Source of the DNA: Camelus dromedarius
Lineage: Eukaryota
Length of the DNA stretch: 64,000 bases
Assembly: GCF_036321535.1 (NCBI RefSeq)
Contig: NC_087436.1
Coordinates: 96,102,001 to 96,166,000 of the forward strand
Direction of reading: 5' to 3'
The notes under the pieces are model-generated. The model was not told where the DNA came from. It ran no database searches and saw nothing but the letters and a program-made list of their open reading frames with translations. Shown here in pieces: positions 1-12,733 of the stretch. Each line of letters opens with the position of its first letter. The stretch's first letter is position 1. Made by a program: the position numbers and the translations under genes.

Positions 1-1387
1 ACAACATACGTTCTTTTTTCACCTAAATACTCTTGCTAGAGTTTATAATGAAATGTATCTAGCTTTCCAGTTTCTTAAGCAGTATGTGTGAACCTCCCTG
101 ATGTAGAAAACTTCATTTCATCACTTCAGAATCTGAATATTCCAAATAAGGAGACTTCATTTCAGTCAAACCCCACAGTTTTCTTTAGTCCTTGTCCTTT
201 TAAATCTGGTGATTCCCTCCTCATTTTGTGTGTCTGAACGGGTACTTCGTTGATTTTCCACATAGTCGGCTCTTTCTCCGTTATCCTAATTGGCTGTGTC
301 CTGTAGTTGTACCAGCTGGGCTCACAGTTTCTCCCTCGCACTCCTTCATAGAGACGATTCAGTTCCCCCATATCCAGGGACCTCTCAGCGTCTGTGTGGC
401 ATCCGCACGGGCCCGGATATCTGGCTGCCTCTGGTATAAGTCCATGTGGAACTTCGGCTTGTCAAAAAGCAGATTTCTCCGTTTCTCCCGAAGATGCCCC
501 CTTCCCAGCTGCCCTACTTTTGAAGTCATAAAATAGGTCCCCACTGTTACTGGTTCTTTTAGTGCCCTGTGTTTACCTTCCACGTGCATTTTCTCCCAGT
601 CTTTCGTGTCTGCCCACGTGTTGACTTGTTCAGTACCTGTTTCTAATTCTACCCTACAAGCTCCGAGATGGCGTTGGTCATGCTATGTTGTTTACCACTC
701 TACCCAGCTCCCAGCTGGTGCTTTTCACGTAGCAGACGTGCCATAAACATTAATTTGGGTCAGCGTACAAATAAACAAATGCACATGCTTCCATTTTTAT
801 GTTTGTACCCTAGGCCAAAATCTTGATGCCATCCTGGCCTTTTCCCTCTGCATACACGAGAGCTGTCAATTTACTAAATATTTCTGGGACATATACTCTG
901 TGAGGACAGGAATCTTCATCTGTTTTGCTCCATGGTATGTTACAAATGCCTAGGATAGTTCCTGGCATATAGTTGAGCATTTACTGTATTGTAGAAATGG
1001 TTCTAGATGTTTTACATTTATTAATTTATTTCATCTTTATAACAGCTCTAAAAGGGTGGGTAGGTACTGTTTAATAGTTTGCCTATTTCACAAGAAACTG
1101 AAGCACAGAGATTCAGTCATTGTCCATCATCACACAACTGCCAAGTGGTGAAGCTGGGGCTTGACCCCAAGTCTCCTGAGTCTGTGCTCTTAACCATTAA
1201 GTACCCTGCTTTAACAGCACCTAATGATGTATTTACTCTGTGTGGACCCTTCGCTGAAACTCTGTACATCCACTCCATGCTTTGTAGGTGTCCATACAGG
1301 TGAGAAGTAGAGGCTGGCTTGGAGCGGATTTTTAAAGAAGTTACCCAGGGTGAGACCCAGGTTATGAATAGCAGGGACAGGATGAGA

Positions 1388-1961
1388 ACTTTAATTCAAA
1401 AAGATACATGCATCCCAATGTTTCTAGCAGTACTATTTACAATAGTCAAGACATGGAAGCAACCTAAATGTCCATCAACAGATGAATGGATAAAGAAGAT
1501 GTGGTGTATATATATAATGGAATATTACCCAGTGACAGAAAAAGGATGAAATAATACCATTTGCAGCTGCATGAATGGACTTAGAGATTATCATACTAAG
1601 TGAAATAAGTCAGAGGAAGACAAATATTGTATGATAGCACTTATATGTACAATCTAAAAAGAATGATACAAATGAACTTATTTATAAAACGTACAAAATA
1701 AACTTATGGTTACCAAAGAGGAAAGTGGGGAGGGATAAATTAGGACTTTGGGATTAACATATGTATACTACTATGTATAAAATAAACAAGGACCTACTGA
1801 ATAGCATAGGGAACTATATTCAATATCTTGTAATAAAGTATAATGGAAAATAATCTGAAAAAGAATATATTTGTATGTATAACTGAATCACTATGCTATA
1901 CACCAGAAATTAACACAACATTGTAAATCAACAATACTTTGATTGAAAAAAAAAAAAAAAA
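1388..1961 (+). mobile_element. 5'-truncated L1 (ORF2 C-terminus, 3'UTR, poly-A)
   Basis: QKDTCIPMF...KTWKQPKCPSTDEWIKKMW is the L1 ORF2 C-terminus; typical 3'UTR; A-tail 1946-1961. Confidence 0.92.
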
Positions 1962-2125
1962 GACTGTTTCAGCCCATGCCTGTGTGCCTGTATAGACCTG
2001 CCATTCTCTGCATGGCCTGTGGTTTGGGGAGCAGACTTTGGATTTAATGGGAACATTTCCCAAGGTTGTCATATTTTCTTGTCCCCAATAGACATCTGAC
2101 GCAGCTATGCATGTTACTTCCTCAG

Positions 2126-2347
2126 ACAATGGTGGCAGCCACACTTTACACTCCAGAACCGAGACGACGCCCTCACCCACAAACAACACTGGGAACGGAC
2201 ACCCAGAGTACATCGCGTACGCGCTTGTCCCCGTGTTCTTCATCATGGGTCTCTTTGGTGTCCTCATCTGCCACCTGCTTAAGAAGAAAGGCTATCGTTG
2301 CACGACAGAAGCCGAGCAAGACGTGGAAGAAAAGGTTGAAAAGATAG
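2126..2347 (+). CDS. RELL1: RELT-like protein 1, coding exon 2 (ectodomain end, transmembrane helix, juxtamembrane)
   Basis: ttacttcctcag|AC acceptor, ATAG|gtaaat donor; encodes DNGGSHTLHSRTETTPSPTNNTGNGHPEYIAYALVPVFFIMGLFGVLICHLLKKKGYRCTTEAEQDVEEKVEKI, recognisably RELL1; 222 nt, phase 1-1. Confidence 0.97.
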   Translation, partial: TMVAATLYTPEPRRRPHPQTTLGTDTQSTSRTRLSPCSSSWVSLVSSSATCLRRKAIVARQKPSKTWKKRLKR

Positions 2348-2444
2348 GTAAATAACCTGGATTCTTTTATGGGAATGTGGGCGCAAACGATTTTTAAATA
2401 AGAAACTAGTCATACGTATTTTTCATCTTAAGGCAAAATGATCC

Positions 2445-3250
2445 ATCTTTATTTTATCAAAATATGTTTAACATATAACATTGTGTAAATTTAAGGTGTA
2501 CAACATGTTAGTCTGAGACATTTATGTATTGTAATATGATTGCCATTGTAGTAATAATTAGCACCTCCATCACTTCTTTTTAGTGCTGGGAATCTAGTTT
2601 CTTAGCAAGTTTGATGATTATAATACAGTATTGCTGTCTGTATTCACTACACTGTGCATTAGCTCTTTAGAGTTTATTTACTATTTGTTGTAAGTTTATA
2701 CCCTTAAGCAACATCTGCCGTATCTCCCCATCCTTTGTGCCCTGGTAACCACCATTTTACTCTCTGTTTTTACAAGTTTGGCTTTTTTAGATTCCACATA
2801 TAAGTGATAACAGACAGTACTTGTCTTTTTCTGTCTGACTCATTTCACTGAGTGTAATGTGCTCATAGTCCATCCATGTTGTCAAAAATGGTAAGATGTC
2901 TTTTCTCATGGCTGAATAATATTCCACTATATATATGCACATAAATACACACATTCACATACACCCCATGTCTTCTTTATCCATTCGTTCATTGATGGGC
3001 ACTTAGGTTGCTTCTATATCTTGGCTATTATGAATAATTCTGCAATAAACATGGAAGTGCATATATGTCTTCGAGACTGTTTTCATTTCCTTTGGGTATA
3101 CACCCAGAAATGGAAATGCTGGATCATACGGTAGATCTATTTTTAATTTTTTGAGGAACCTCTATTTTCCACAGTGGCTGCACCAATTTACATTCCCACC
3201 AACAGTGCAGAAGGGTTCCCTTTTCTCCACATCGTCGACAGCACTTTTGC
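2445..3250 (-). mobile_element. L1 3' portion, antisense
   Basis: Reverse complement of L1 ORF2 end/3'UTR (ttttagattccacatataagtg, caccaatttacattcccaccaacagtg). Confidence 0.88.
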
Positions 3251-4507
3251 AAAATGGTCCGACTTAAAGGCAGATGGTGTAGTGCAGTGTCAGCATGGAT
3301 TTCACAGTAACCACACCTAGAGGTAGAAACCTTGCTTTCATTTATTAAATAACTACCAGCTCATTTACTCTTACTTGCCTCGTGGCTTTGGGGCAAGTTA
3401 CATATGCTCTCAATTGCTGCTATGTATAATTTAACTTACATTTATTTTCAATTAATTTCACACCAACTTAATTAAAATTTTAATTTAACTTAAAAGAGGA
3501 CAATAATCTCCACCTTGTAGGATTATGGTGAAATTTAGGCAGAAGCTGCACTTGGTGTTTGGCACATATGGCCACTCAGTAAATATTAATCCTTTCTATT
3601 GTTCAAATTAGAGTCTAATGAGAATGGGAAAACTCAACAGGTCTCACCATTTTTGTGGTGCTACCTTTGAGTTCTATCTTCAGTCTACGAAGTTGAAGTT
3701 TGTGTTTATTAGGTAAATGGCTGTGTGAACAGTGCAGTAAAAGTCCGGCAAGAACTGGTGCCTTTGTCTTGACCTCAGAGTGTCTCCCCTTTTCCTCTTA
3801 ACACGGAGTTGCAGCATAGGGTTTGGAAAACCCTGAGAGATGAAATCCTGTTTTCTCACAGACATTCTTTCCAACCATCCTTTAAAGCCTTGGAGAGTAG
3901 ATGACTCTCCTTGTCCCTTTCAGCCCCTCAAAGGGCAGTTTTTGCAGAAAGGTGGCATTTGGAGTAGGTCACCCTCCAAGCTGGCCCAAGGGCAGAGTGG
4001 GGGGAGCTTCCTCATTCCTTGCCAGCTTGCTGGCCTGTTGGTTTTTCCCACCCCCACTGACCTTTGAGGCAGAGAGAGAACATGGTTGCAGGATGAATCA
4101 TGTGTAAGCTTATGGCCAAACCAAGGCTGAGTGTTTATCAACAGAAAGCGGAACGTCCCCCTCCTTTGTAGATGCTCTGTAGGTTGGCTTAGCGGTTACC
4201 ATGTGCGCCCTTCAACCAGAGGTACGTATTCATGGAGGAGGACGCGGCAATGGATGGAGAAGACACTCTTCCAGATATACGGGTAGGATATCACACACCC
4301 TGTGTGTGAATAAGGGCAATCCTCCCTCTTCCCTCCTGTGTTATTGAAGAAAATTATACAGATCAGTTTCAGAGTGGAGGTTTGATTCTTTTTTTCAAAG
4401 ACTATCCTGTGTACAGAGTCCCCCAAGGTAAACTGAGTGTGTGGGCAAATAACTACAGCCAAAATTTAGATCACTTCGAAGTGCATTTAAAAGAATAGGA
4501 GAGTCTT

Positions 4508-4842
4508 ACAAATGAACTTATTTACAAAACAGAGACTCATAGACATAGAAAACAAACTTACGGTTACCAGTGGGGGTAGGTGGGAGGGAGGGATAAATTG
4601 GGAGTTTTGGGATTGGCTGATACAAACTACTATGTACAGAATACATACAACAGAACATACATGCAGAAAATAACAAGGACCTACTGTATAACAGGGAACT
4701 CTACTCAGTGGCTTGTAGTAACCTGGAATGAAAAAGAGTATGTATACATATAACAATCACTGTGCTGTACACCAGAAACTAATACAACATTGTAAATAAA
4801 CAAAAAAACAGAAAACAAAACCACAAGCCTTAAAAAATATAT
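4508..4842 (+). mobile_element. Short L1 3'UTR insertion with imperfect TSD
   Basis: acaaatgaacttatttacaaaacagagactc to A-rich tail; flanks aagaataggagagtctt and aaaatagtagagtctt. Confidence 0.85.
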
Positions 4843-5329
4843 AAAATAGTAGAGTCTTGTAAACACAGATGAATAATTACTTACTTTAAGAAATAAATTA
4901 ATACTCTAAATTTATATGGTACATGTGTGATTAAAATCCAAGGAGAATTTTTTTCTTTTCATTTGCTTTCTTCTTTTCATTTCCCCTAAATATTTAACAA
5001 ACTGTTGAGAGAGAAATGATAGTAGTGAGGACTGATATAGATGAAAGGAATTGTTGTCTTGGAAACTGAGTGTGTATTTGGACTTGAGAAGAGATTGATG
5101 GATGACTCTGATGCTTTTTATGCCTGTTATGCCAAGGAAGTCACTGTGTGCGCTGTGCGCATCAGGCAGCTTGGGCCTGAGGGAAGAAAGCATAGCTTTT
5201 GGCACTGTGAGTGACTGGTTGAGCTTTCTGGAGACTGTTCAGAGAGGTGTTGCACTCAAAGACGGTGTCTCATTGATTTGAGGCAGGTGAACCAGTTGTA
5301 ACCCGTCCTCCCCCTCCTTTCTCTTTCAG

Positions 5330-5401
5330 AGTTGAACGACAGTGTAAATGAAAATAGTGACACCGTTGGGCAGATTGTCCACTACATCATGAAGAATGAA
5401 G
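5330..5401 (+). CDS. RELL1: RELL1 coding exon 3
   Basis: Polypyrimidine ctctttcag|AG acceptor, GAAG|gtatgg donor; (E)LNDSVNENSDTVGQIVHYIMKNE; 72 nt, in frame with exon 2. Confidence 0.97.
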
Positions 5402-5799
5402 GTATGGCTGTTTTAATGCCCAGAACAATTCTGTGTCCATACATTTTATTAAAAACCTGCTTCAAAGAGCCAGGATTTGTATGGACTCTCCTGTCGATGT
5501 TTCTGAAGTTATTGGCAGCACCTTTTACCTAAGCTTTCTTATAGCTCAGCCTCCGAATTAACTGACCAGGAGGATTTCACAGAAGTGAGTGTTCTAAGAG
5601 TCAGTCAGTCAGAGTTTTGCAGAGTCAGCCCTGGAGGTGATGGCTTACCTTTTAATCATGGCCTCACTTCGATCTGGGGAAAAGTCACATTACCTTGTGG
5701 AGCCTCAGTTTCCTCCTCTAAGATAATATTTACCTCCTAGCATTCTTGTGAGATCCTGCATATACAGTGCTTAGTATAATGAGCATTCAAGTATTATCT

Positions 5800-6080
5800 G
5801 TTCTTTTTTTTTTTTTTTGGTGCTGTAAAAAATATTATGGTGAAACCCACATAACAAAAAATTTACCGTTATACCCGTTTTAAAGTGTACAGTTCATTGA
5901 CATGAATGAATGCCGCAATGATGTAGCGTTATCGCCACTGTCTAGTTCTAGAACTTTCTCGTCATCCCAGAATGAAACTCTGACTCCATTAAGCATTCAC
6001 TTCCTTTCTCCATCCACTTCCCTCTCCATCTGTGGGTAACGCCTACTCTGCTCTCTGCCTATGGATTTGGATTTGCCTAT
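5800..6080 (-). mobile_element. Older L1 (L1MB-like) 3' end fragment
   Basis: Poly-T then acataacaaaaaatttacc...aagtgtacagttca...atttgcctattctg. Confidence 0.7.
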
Positions 6081-6094
6081 TCTGTGATCTATTC

Positions 6095-6232
6095 ATCTTT
6101 TTATTGAAGTATTGTCTTACTGTATAGCACAGGGAACGATATTCAATACCTCGTAATGGCCTATAGTAAAAATTAATCTGAAAAGGAATATATATATGCG
6201 TGTGTGTAAATAAACATGTATATGTATATAAA
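6095..6232 (-). mobile_element. Tiny L1 insertion with 5' inversion (twin priming)
   Basis: 14-bp TSD tctgtgatctattc (6081-6094, 6233-6246); antisense L1 terminus followed by a sense-oriented 3'UTR piece. Confidence 0.75.
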
Positions 6233-7095
6233 TCTGTGATCTATTCTTAAGTGTTGAAACTTTTAAAAAGTTTAACCTTTATGCCTTTAAACATTTTTTT
6301 TCCTCTTCTGAAATGTATTCGAAACCTCTGACTTCTTAAATAGAGGATTAGTTTAATCTTGATTAGATAAATCAGGGTCATTGTTCTGAAGCACTGGGTA
6401 TTGTCTCATAAGACACCACGCCCTGAGTGACTTTTGAGGTGTGTGGCACTCCTGCCCATGTTTGCAGTAGCTGCAGATCCCCATACTTTGAATTCTCATG
6501 AGTATTTAAAGGAAAATGTTTTCCTTGGGCTCTGTGCCCTTGTCAGCGCATTTGTCCAAAAGTTGAAATACTTCCTGCTCAGTAAATACCTGCTCTTCTG
6601 CCCCCAGCCCCTCTCTGCGGGTCCCCTGCTCCCACATCCTCACGATCAACAAGAGTACCTGCCCGGCCCAGGCTGTTGGTCAGTGTTCTTGACTTAGAGA
6701 AGCAGCAGTTTCACGTGTTTCAGCATAATTGCCATTGTCTTTTGTAGAGTGAACTTTATATATTTGGCATAGATCTAGGTGCTTTATGTACATTTTCTCA
6801 TTTAACCCTCAAAAATATCCCTCTTATACCCATTTTACAGGCAAAGCAGCAAAGGCTCCTGATGGTTAAGTTCACATGGTTAGGGAGCAGCCCAGCCCTA
6901 CCTGAGTCTCTCGTCTGCTCAGTGCTGCCTCTCCTCTCTTCTAGTTTGCAGCTTTCAGTTTCTACAGGATGGAAAACCAGATAACCAAACTTAATAGGAT
7001 GACGTTTAAAATAACGAAAAAGACAGAGACCTCTTGGATTTCATATCTGTCTTCCAGAGACCTTCCTGCAGGGAATAGTGTTTGGTGAGGCTATT

Positions 7096-7292
7096 TTTTT
7101 TTTTTAATACAGAAATATTTAATACAGAGAAATTTCTTTTTCTTTTTTGACTTTTTTTCTTTTTTATTTTTTTGTGGGGGCTAATTAGGTTTATCTATCT
7201 ATCGCTCTATCTTTAATGGAGGTGCTGGGGATTGAACCCAAGATCTTGTGCACGCTAGGCACGTCCTCTACCCCTGAGCTATTCCCTCCCCC
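7096..7292 (-). mobile_element. tRNA-derived SINE (camelid Vic-1-like)
   Basis: Reverse complement GGGGAGGGAATAGCTCAGGGGTAGAG...GGGTTCAATCCCCAGCACCTCCA with A/B boxes and A-rich tail; TSD ggtgaggctatt/ggtgatgctatt. Confidence 0.88.
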
Positions 7293-7954
7293 GGTGATGC
7301 TATTCTTGAGCAGCACTCCATGTTTCTTTTCCATAAAAAAGTTGTTTTTAATTTGCATATGAAATACATAAATGCACAATTATGTTCTTGGCATAGAAAC
7401 TCTAGTCATTACAGAGCTGCACAGAATAAGGCGTGGACAGCTCCTTCATTGCTCTCGTGGAAACTGCCTTTGTGGCTTTGGGGAGCTGGGAGGTCTTTGG
7501 GACCCAGGCTTCTGAGAGCTGAAGCAGCTGCTAAGTTAGTGAGTGCAGGATGCGGGGGTGACTGACACGCGAATCGGTTGAGATAAGTCAATGTGCAGAC
7601 TTTGCCCGGGGCTGAAGTTCTCCTGTGTAATTTCATAGTCGGCCCTGAGTGCTTGCTACATGCCACTCCTGTTCTTTGGGCTTTCTAGGAGCTAACAACC
7701 CTATGATTCAGATACTTTATTCCCATTTTACAGTTGAGAAAGAGGTCCAAAGCGCTTAACTAACTTGCCAACGTTGCTCTGTGCAGACAGCAGAGCTGAC
7801 ATTTGACCTTGAGCATCTAACTTCGGAGTGTATCCTTCCCCACTTGCTGTCCTGCCTCTTTCCTGTAGCAGGAAAGTGGGATGCTAGCCTTCCTCCTTTC
7901 AAAGGAAAAACGTATGCAGCTGGGGTGCTTTATAGAACTCCTAAACATTAGCTC

Positions 7955-8085
7955 GTTAAATTCTCCAAACTACCTTATGAGGTAGGCCCTGTTATCATCC
8001 CATTTTGCAGATGAGGAAACAGAGGCCCAGAGGCTAAGAAAGTTGCCCAAGATCACACAGCCGGCAGGTCGGAGCCAGCAGTGGG
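7955..8085 (-). mobile_element. MIR SINE fragment
   Basis: cccattttgcagatgaggaaacagaggcccagaggctaagaaagttgcccaagatcacacag core. Confidence 0.8.
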
Positions 8086-11000
8086 CCCCTCCTCCTGATT
8101 ACAGCAGAGGAGAAGCCTTTGGGTCCCTGGAGCAAGCCGACTATATAATTTCCTCCCTTCCCACACTCATGGGCAACGGGGCTATTCTTCTCTTTTTTAA
8201 TTATGTCCTTTTCCTTTCAGAAGGTAGCCTTTCGATTTCCGCTGCCTTGGTTACCAGAGATCTGTCAGAGGAACACCAAGGCACTGATCTCTACCTTTCT
8301 CTTCCGCTCCCCAGGTCTTTCCTTCTGTCTTATTCTTTCCTCTCTTCCCTGCATCGCTCTGCCTGGGATTTGTCCAGTGACCTGTGAGGGTGGGTGGTGG
8401 CTTTGTGTAGCCCTTAGTTCTCCTTGGCCACCAGGAGACATCTTGTCTCCCTGGACATCCCTTTTTCAGCCATGACCCCCTCTAGCTTCCGTCCTGTACC
8501 AAAACCACTGCTGGGGAGTTAGATACATACTTGGGTGTCTTACCAGTTTATAAACTAGCTTTTTAAATTGGCATTTGAGACTTAAGTCCTCTATAGAACA
8601 ATGTGCATTTTCCTTTTCTTTGTCTCTCTCATGAACAGACTCTGAACTTATTATCAATGTAGACCTCTCTGTTGAGGTTAACTTAACTTTCTATTTTTTT
8701 TTAATTCTCAGCACACCGTAACATAACTTTTATTTAAACATTGAAAAAAAAAAAAAAGGAAAAAAATTGAAAAACAATCCGTTCATTACCATTTCCCCAT
8801 CATTTAGGCTTCCTTTGCCTATAGTTACATGTTAAGCACTTGCAGTCACAGTATATGACTGGTCTTCTGCTTTGCATTTTTAATTTGGCCAAGGAAGTAA
8901 TATTTCACCTGTGCTTGTTTACAATTTAAAGCTATCATGTGTTGAATGTTGCAAATCGAGTTTAGTTTAGATAAATATCTCTCGAATGATGCATTTATCA
9001 GCTGACTTGCACACTGATTATTTTCCTCCTAATCTCTAATCCTTTCCAAATCGAGCTGAACTGAGGAGGGTTTGGGTAGTCACGGGGGTTTTCTTGCATT
9101 GTGCGGGGGTTTGGAAAGTACCTGAGACTCCTTAGCTGAGCTTCTGTGCCAGACCCTGACCCTGTCTGATAGCAGCAGCTGAGAGTGTTGTTATTCTCCA
9201 AGCACCCCTGGTTACGGTTATTCACACGAGGCCGAGGGATCCCTTGGTAAAATTCTTACCATGGGGCTCAATTTGTGTGATGGCAAAAGGGATTCCTTTA
9301 TAAAATTACTGTTATTATTGAGTAGGTCTCTGAAACTTGCTATAATGATTATCCACACATCCTGTGAACTCTTAAACTACTAATCATTTAGAGACTTGGA
9401 CATTGAAGGAGTAGGGAGGAAGATGTGGGGGTTAAATCAGCCACCCTAAAGTCAGATAGACCAGGGTTTGTATCTAGGTCTGTTTCTAGCTATGTGATTC
9501 TGACCAGTCACAGTCTTTAGGCCTCAGTCTCTCTATTTGTAAAATGGGGATGTTAATTCTTCCTACTGTCAGGGAGATCAAACATGGTAGAGTCTGTGAA
9601 GCTTTTAGCCAGTGACCGGCATATACCAGGCACTCTAATTTTGCTGATAGCAGTAGAAGTTATTGCTTGTGAAATGTGCCTTGAATGTAAGGGAAAACTC
9701 TGAAGAGAATACGGGTGGGAGAGAAAATAGGGCATTTTTCTTGTCTGGTTTTGACTGCTTTATGCATATTATCAGGCAGAACTTCAGGAAAGAAGAGAGA
9801 AGGCATTTTCTGGAAATTACTGCCCCCTAGAAAATTTCCCCTGTTCTTGACAGGTTTTCCGTGCCTTATAACTGACTCCTCCCATCCTTTGGACACCCAT
9901 AAGGGAAAGTATAAAGTTGGACAGATTGTTGACAAGTATAGGAGAAGCCATCTTTTAAGGCTCATTGGAGTTGTGAGTAATCACTGGGAGGAATATATTC
10001 AGTAGAACTTTGATTGGATTATTGCTCTTTTATAGTAATTTTTACAACCAAGTGGAAGTGTGTGTTTGTGTCTTAATGATGTGTGTGTTATGTTAGAGTT
10101 TTCTCATCACAGGAAACTAAAAATGTTCCCAACTGACAGTTTACTGAAATTTACTCCCTCCATGGGTATGAATGATACTAGGATAGAAAGTTGAGCCTGC
10201 TTTTAAAGACATCACTCATAGCAAATAAAGTCACTGTTCACTATTATTTCTCAGAGATGAAGGTGAGGTACAGGAGTCCATGAATACAGGAGAAACAACA
10301 CAAGCCTAGAAAATAAAAATCTTAGTAACAATTTCAATATATTTTAATAATCTTCCTGGGAACATCTTAGAATTTGATCATTTTGTAGGTGATTAGTTTT
10401 CTCAGACAACTATTTAAACTTTTGTTTTTGAAAAGCTCATTCTTGTGAGTGCTATTAGTACTATCTTTGTTTGCATACCTTTTTTTGGTTGTTGTTTTTC
10501 CTCTTTTCTGTTTATCGTTTTGAAGTTTAGTAAATGGTGGCCGAGTCTAAGTGTCAGCTGGCAAATTATTGTGTTCCCTAAAGCCTTTATCTGAAAGAAA
10601 ATTATTTTTCTGAGTTCTTAATATTAGTTCAAAGAAGAAATGACTAGGTTGTACTTAAATTTGTCCTTAATGTCCTAGGTTGTACTTAATCATGCCCTTT
10701 TTATTGTATGGGAGAAGATACTACTTATCAATTTCAGTACCTTTTTTGTAATGATAAGACTCATTTAGATCAAAACTTGTGTTTACAAATAAATGCATTT
10801 GTGCATCCTCACAGATAGTCATGAAGGGCAAAGAAAAAAAAATTTTTTTTTGTAAAGGATGATATGCTCTGTTAATGCTTCTTTTAAAACTCCATGCATT
10901 TTGCAAAGTTTTTAGTGGAGAAAATTGGATTGTGGGGGCAAAAAAAAACAACCCTGTATTATTTTATATGTAAAGCAAGATATGTATATAGTGCATAAAC

Positions 11001-12055
11001 AGATGTGTATCTGCAGTATTATAGTTTCATGGGAGGGTGGTTAGGAAAAAAGAGTCAGAAAAAGGGTTGGAGTGGGGCAATAATGAGAAAAAGTTGAGAA
11101 ACACCACATAAAGCTTTCAGTGTTTAACACTTAAAAGCAGCAATGTTGAAACTAGAGTTAATTTTCCTCCTCTTGGGATGTCGTTTGAGATGTTAAATGC
11201 GAAATGTTGGTGTCAGCTCACATGGTGAATAGTGATTTTTATTGTTTCATCTCTAGAGAATTTGTTGTGGTTAGTCCTGGGAACAGTGCTTTAAAAATCA
11301 ATGGAAAGGGGTCAGGAGTCAGTAAGAACATCTGGCCTTGCCAGGAAATATGCAGGAGAACTTGAACATTCACTTCAGGCTTTCATTCTTAAGACATGAC
11401 GTCTTACAAAAGATGAAAAGATCCTGTGTGTCTACGCGTGGGGGTGGGGTAGGCACTCAAGAAGCTTAGATTCAATTTGCTTTCGTTGGCGGCCTAGACC
11501 CCACCTACAAATTTGGATTTTTTTGAAAATTAACATTAGAAGGCTAATTTAACTCAGTTCATATTAGATTACTGATGTGTGTGACCAACACTCGAAATTT
11601 TTAGAGATCTGGCTTGAGTTAAGGTCTATGGTCCTTAAGCAGAGCTCAGCCGAATGTCCCACCTGTTAAGTTAACTCTTCCTCAGCCCGTATTCTGTGTG
11701 AGATTCATATTACATGGGTGTCCAGAATTTAGGGCTAATTATTTGAGCACCTACAAGTTCTTAGACATACATTACACTACATATTTGACAGAATGAGTTA
11801 AATGCCATTTCCCTTTGGTTTGAGACGATGGGGTGTGGAGAAATGTCTTCTGTATTATGTTGCTAAGATGTGTAGGGAACAAAGCTCTGTAGCAGATCTG
11901 CTTTCCTCTGCATAGAGTCTGTCACTCTTAGTAAATTCCTGCGTGGTGAAAATGTGGCAGATGGTGCCACCTCATGGGGTTACCTTAAGGAAGACCCTTC
12001 CTTCTCCAGGGCCCTAGGGCCTCATCGGTGACCTGGAGGAACTCAGTGTTTTTCT

Positions 12056-12316
12056 TTCTTTTTTTTTTTTAATTGAGTTATAGTCAGTTTACAATGTTGT
12101 GTCAATTTCCAGTGTAGAGCACAATTTTTCAGTTATACGTGAACATACATATATTCATTGTTGCATTCTTTTTCGCTGTGAGCTACCACCAGATCCCGTA
12201 TATATTTCCCTGTGCTACACAGTATAATCTTGTTTATCTATTCTACATATGCCTGTCAGTGTCTACAAATTTCAAACTCCCAGTCTGTCCCTTCCCACCC
12301 CACCTCCCCCAATGAG
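12056..12316 (-). mobile_element. Young L1 3'UTR fragment
   Basis: Poly-T, aattgagttatagtcagtttacaatgttgtg...cccttcccacccc; TSD gtgtttttct. Confidence 0.88.
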
Positions 12317-12408
12317 GTGTTTTTCTAACAGCTTTTCTGATGTGATATTTCTGTGATGTCATCTGATTCATTCCATTTTAATTCTCTACTTTTTTCCCCC
12401 CTCCTCAG

Positions 12409-12466
12409 CAAATGCTGATGTTTTAAAAGCTATGGTGGCAGATAACAGCCTGTACGACCCTGAAAG
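12409..12466 (+). CDS. RELL1: RELL1 coding exon 4
   Basis: ttttccccctcctcag|CA acceptor, GAAAG|gtgagt donor; (A)NADVLKAMVADNSLYDPE(S); 58 nt, too short for the ORF track. Confidence 0.96.
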
Positions 12467-12520
12467 GTGAGTGCTCGGCCCTCCTTTAATGGGGCTTTTG
12501 TTATCAGTTATCTGCTAAAG

Positions 12521-12733
12521 CAGGTTTCCCAACTTTGGCACTGTTGACATGTGGGCCAGATAATTCTTGGCTGTGGGGAACTGTCCTGTGCATTATAGGA
12601 TGTTTAACAGCATTCCTGGCCTCCACTTGCTAGATGCCATTGTCCTGGTCTCCTGCTGGGTGACAACCCAAAACTTCTCTGCACATTGTCAGTGTCCCCT
12701 GGGGGCAAAATTGCCCCTGGTTGAGAACTACTG
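12521..12733. mobile_element. MER20 (hAT-Charlie) DNA transposon
   Basis: caggtttcccaactttggcactgttgacat...ctgtcctgtgcattataggatgtttaacagcattcctggcctc...gttgagaactactg, with terminal inverted repeats. Confidence 0.85.

Noticed and set aside
1319..1549. 76-aa ORF
   Set aside because: L1 ORF2 C-terminal remnant with a non-ATG start in flanking DNA
1896..2267. 123-aa antisense ORF over RELL1 exon 2
   Set aside because: Runs into an L1 poly-A tail (poly-Phe); chance ORF
7218..7292. tRNA gene (also 58863-58937)
   Set aside because: Degenerate stems, A-rich tail and TSD identify SINE heads, not functional tRNAs
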